From: the human T2T-CHM13v2.0 reference genome, Homo sapiens
DNA: 64,000 nt
Reading direction: 5' to 3' (one strand)
Assembly: GCF_009914755.1 (NCBI RefSeq)
Contig: NC_060932.1
A program made the position numbers and the translations under genes. The notes under the pieces were generated by a model. That model made no database searches, was not told the DNA's origin, and was given only the letters and a program-made list of their open reading frames with translations. This document shows positions 62,956-64,000 of the stretch, one piece after another; position 1 is the first letter of the stretch; every line of letters starts with the position of its first letter.

Positions 62956-64000
62956 ATTTTGAGTAATGTCTATACATTGAAATTTCTTCTTTATTAATTT
63001 TAAAAACCAAAATATTAAGAAAATACATATTACTAATTATTACTTAACTATCACTAAATGATTCTGTCATATAGAAGAAGTATTAAAAATCCACTCTGGG
63101 GATCAAGTACATCAGGTACAACACTGAAACAAACGTGGTTGAAATGTGGAATTTGAGAGCAAGAACTGGGAGCGTGGTTGTTTCTTAGAGGATGCACTTG
63201 AAATACCCACAATAGCACATACCTAGGTCCTGACTAAGGGTTCATACATTTTTCCTGTGAGATTCACAAAAACCAACTTTTGTATATAGCTCCAAGGCCA
63301 GTCCTTAGAGGTCTATGATATTCTGCACTTTTCTACATCCTAGGACCATACACCCCCAGGGGGGTCTCTGAGGATCAAAATCACTCAGCACAAACTCAGA
63401 GCTCCTTGAAGGCAGGGCCTGTGTGTTTCCTTTCTTAACTCCCCAGTCCGGACAGAGTGCAAGGAACAGCAGAAGTGTTCTAAGCATCGACAGAATAAAT
63501 AAACAAATGAATAGATTTCAAACAAAACAAAGGTCTTTTAGTATCCCAACCCATATCTTACTTAATATTTGTCCAATTAACCTATTGCTTGTCTTCAGTT
63601 TTATGTGAATTATTTTCTCAACCATTCATTCATATTTATGGGGTACCTACTCCAGAGTGGTGCTATTTTAGGCACTAAGAATATAATTATTGAATTGGAC
63701 AAAGTGCTTTAGTCTCATGTGTAAAGTGCTTCCTGATGACTAGATAAAACAATGTACCATCTTACGCGTTAGCACACCCATGTGCACCTGCCTGTACTTG
63801 CTAAAACAACCTTGCCAACCATTTAGAATATATGGACTAAATGGAATTAACCTCTGAATCACATTGGATGACCTGGGTTTTATACACTGTGAGACCATCT
63901 AATGCAAAACCTCTGAAGAACCCCTTCGGATACTTAGGGTTGAAGTGAAATTTTGTCCTATTAATTATACAGGACAGTGACATTGGGTCTGGACTCACTT

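Overview
Primate (very probably human) genomic DNA from inside CYP7B1 (oxysterol/steroid 7-alpha-hydroxylase), which is transcribed on the minus strand. Three internal coding exons are present with canonical AG/GT ends and compatible phases: exon 2 (11834-11970, 137 nt), exon 3 (3114-3704, 591 nt) and exon 4 (2449-2655, 207 nt). Positions 11971-64000 are part of the very large first intron. The rest is AT-rich intron carrying many interspersed repeats (Alu, L1, L2, MIR, MaLR/MLT LTRs, Tigger DNA transposons). Nearly all other ORFs in the track are repeat-derived or spurious. I found no RNA gene, CRISPR array or new protein-coding system. The less ordinary features are: (i) at least six short, direct, non-TSD local duplications (45-415 bp, copies 0.1-2.8 kb apart), several pasted into older repeats like templated repair patches; (ii) an MLT2 > Tigger1 > (AluS + twin-primed inverted L1PA) nest with junction signatures intact; (iii) a 28-bp tandem repeat that multimerises a perfect POU octamer; (iv) a 21-bp motif repeated on both sides of exon 4, one copy in a CpG-retaining, symmetric element. 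Repeat subfamily names are from recall of consensus sequences and need RepeatMasker/Dfam confirmation. Identities were estimated by eye.
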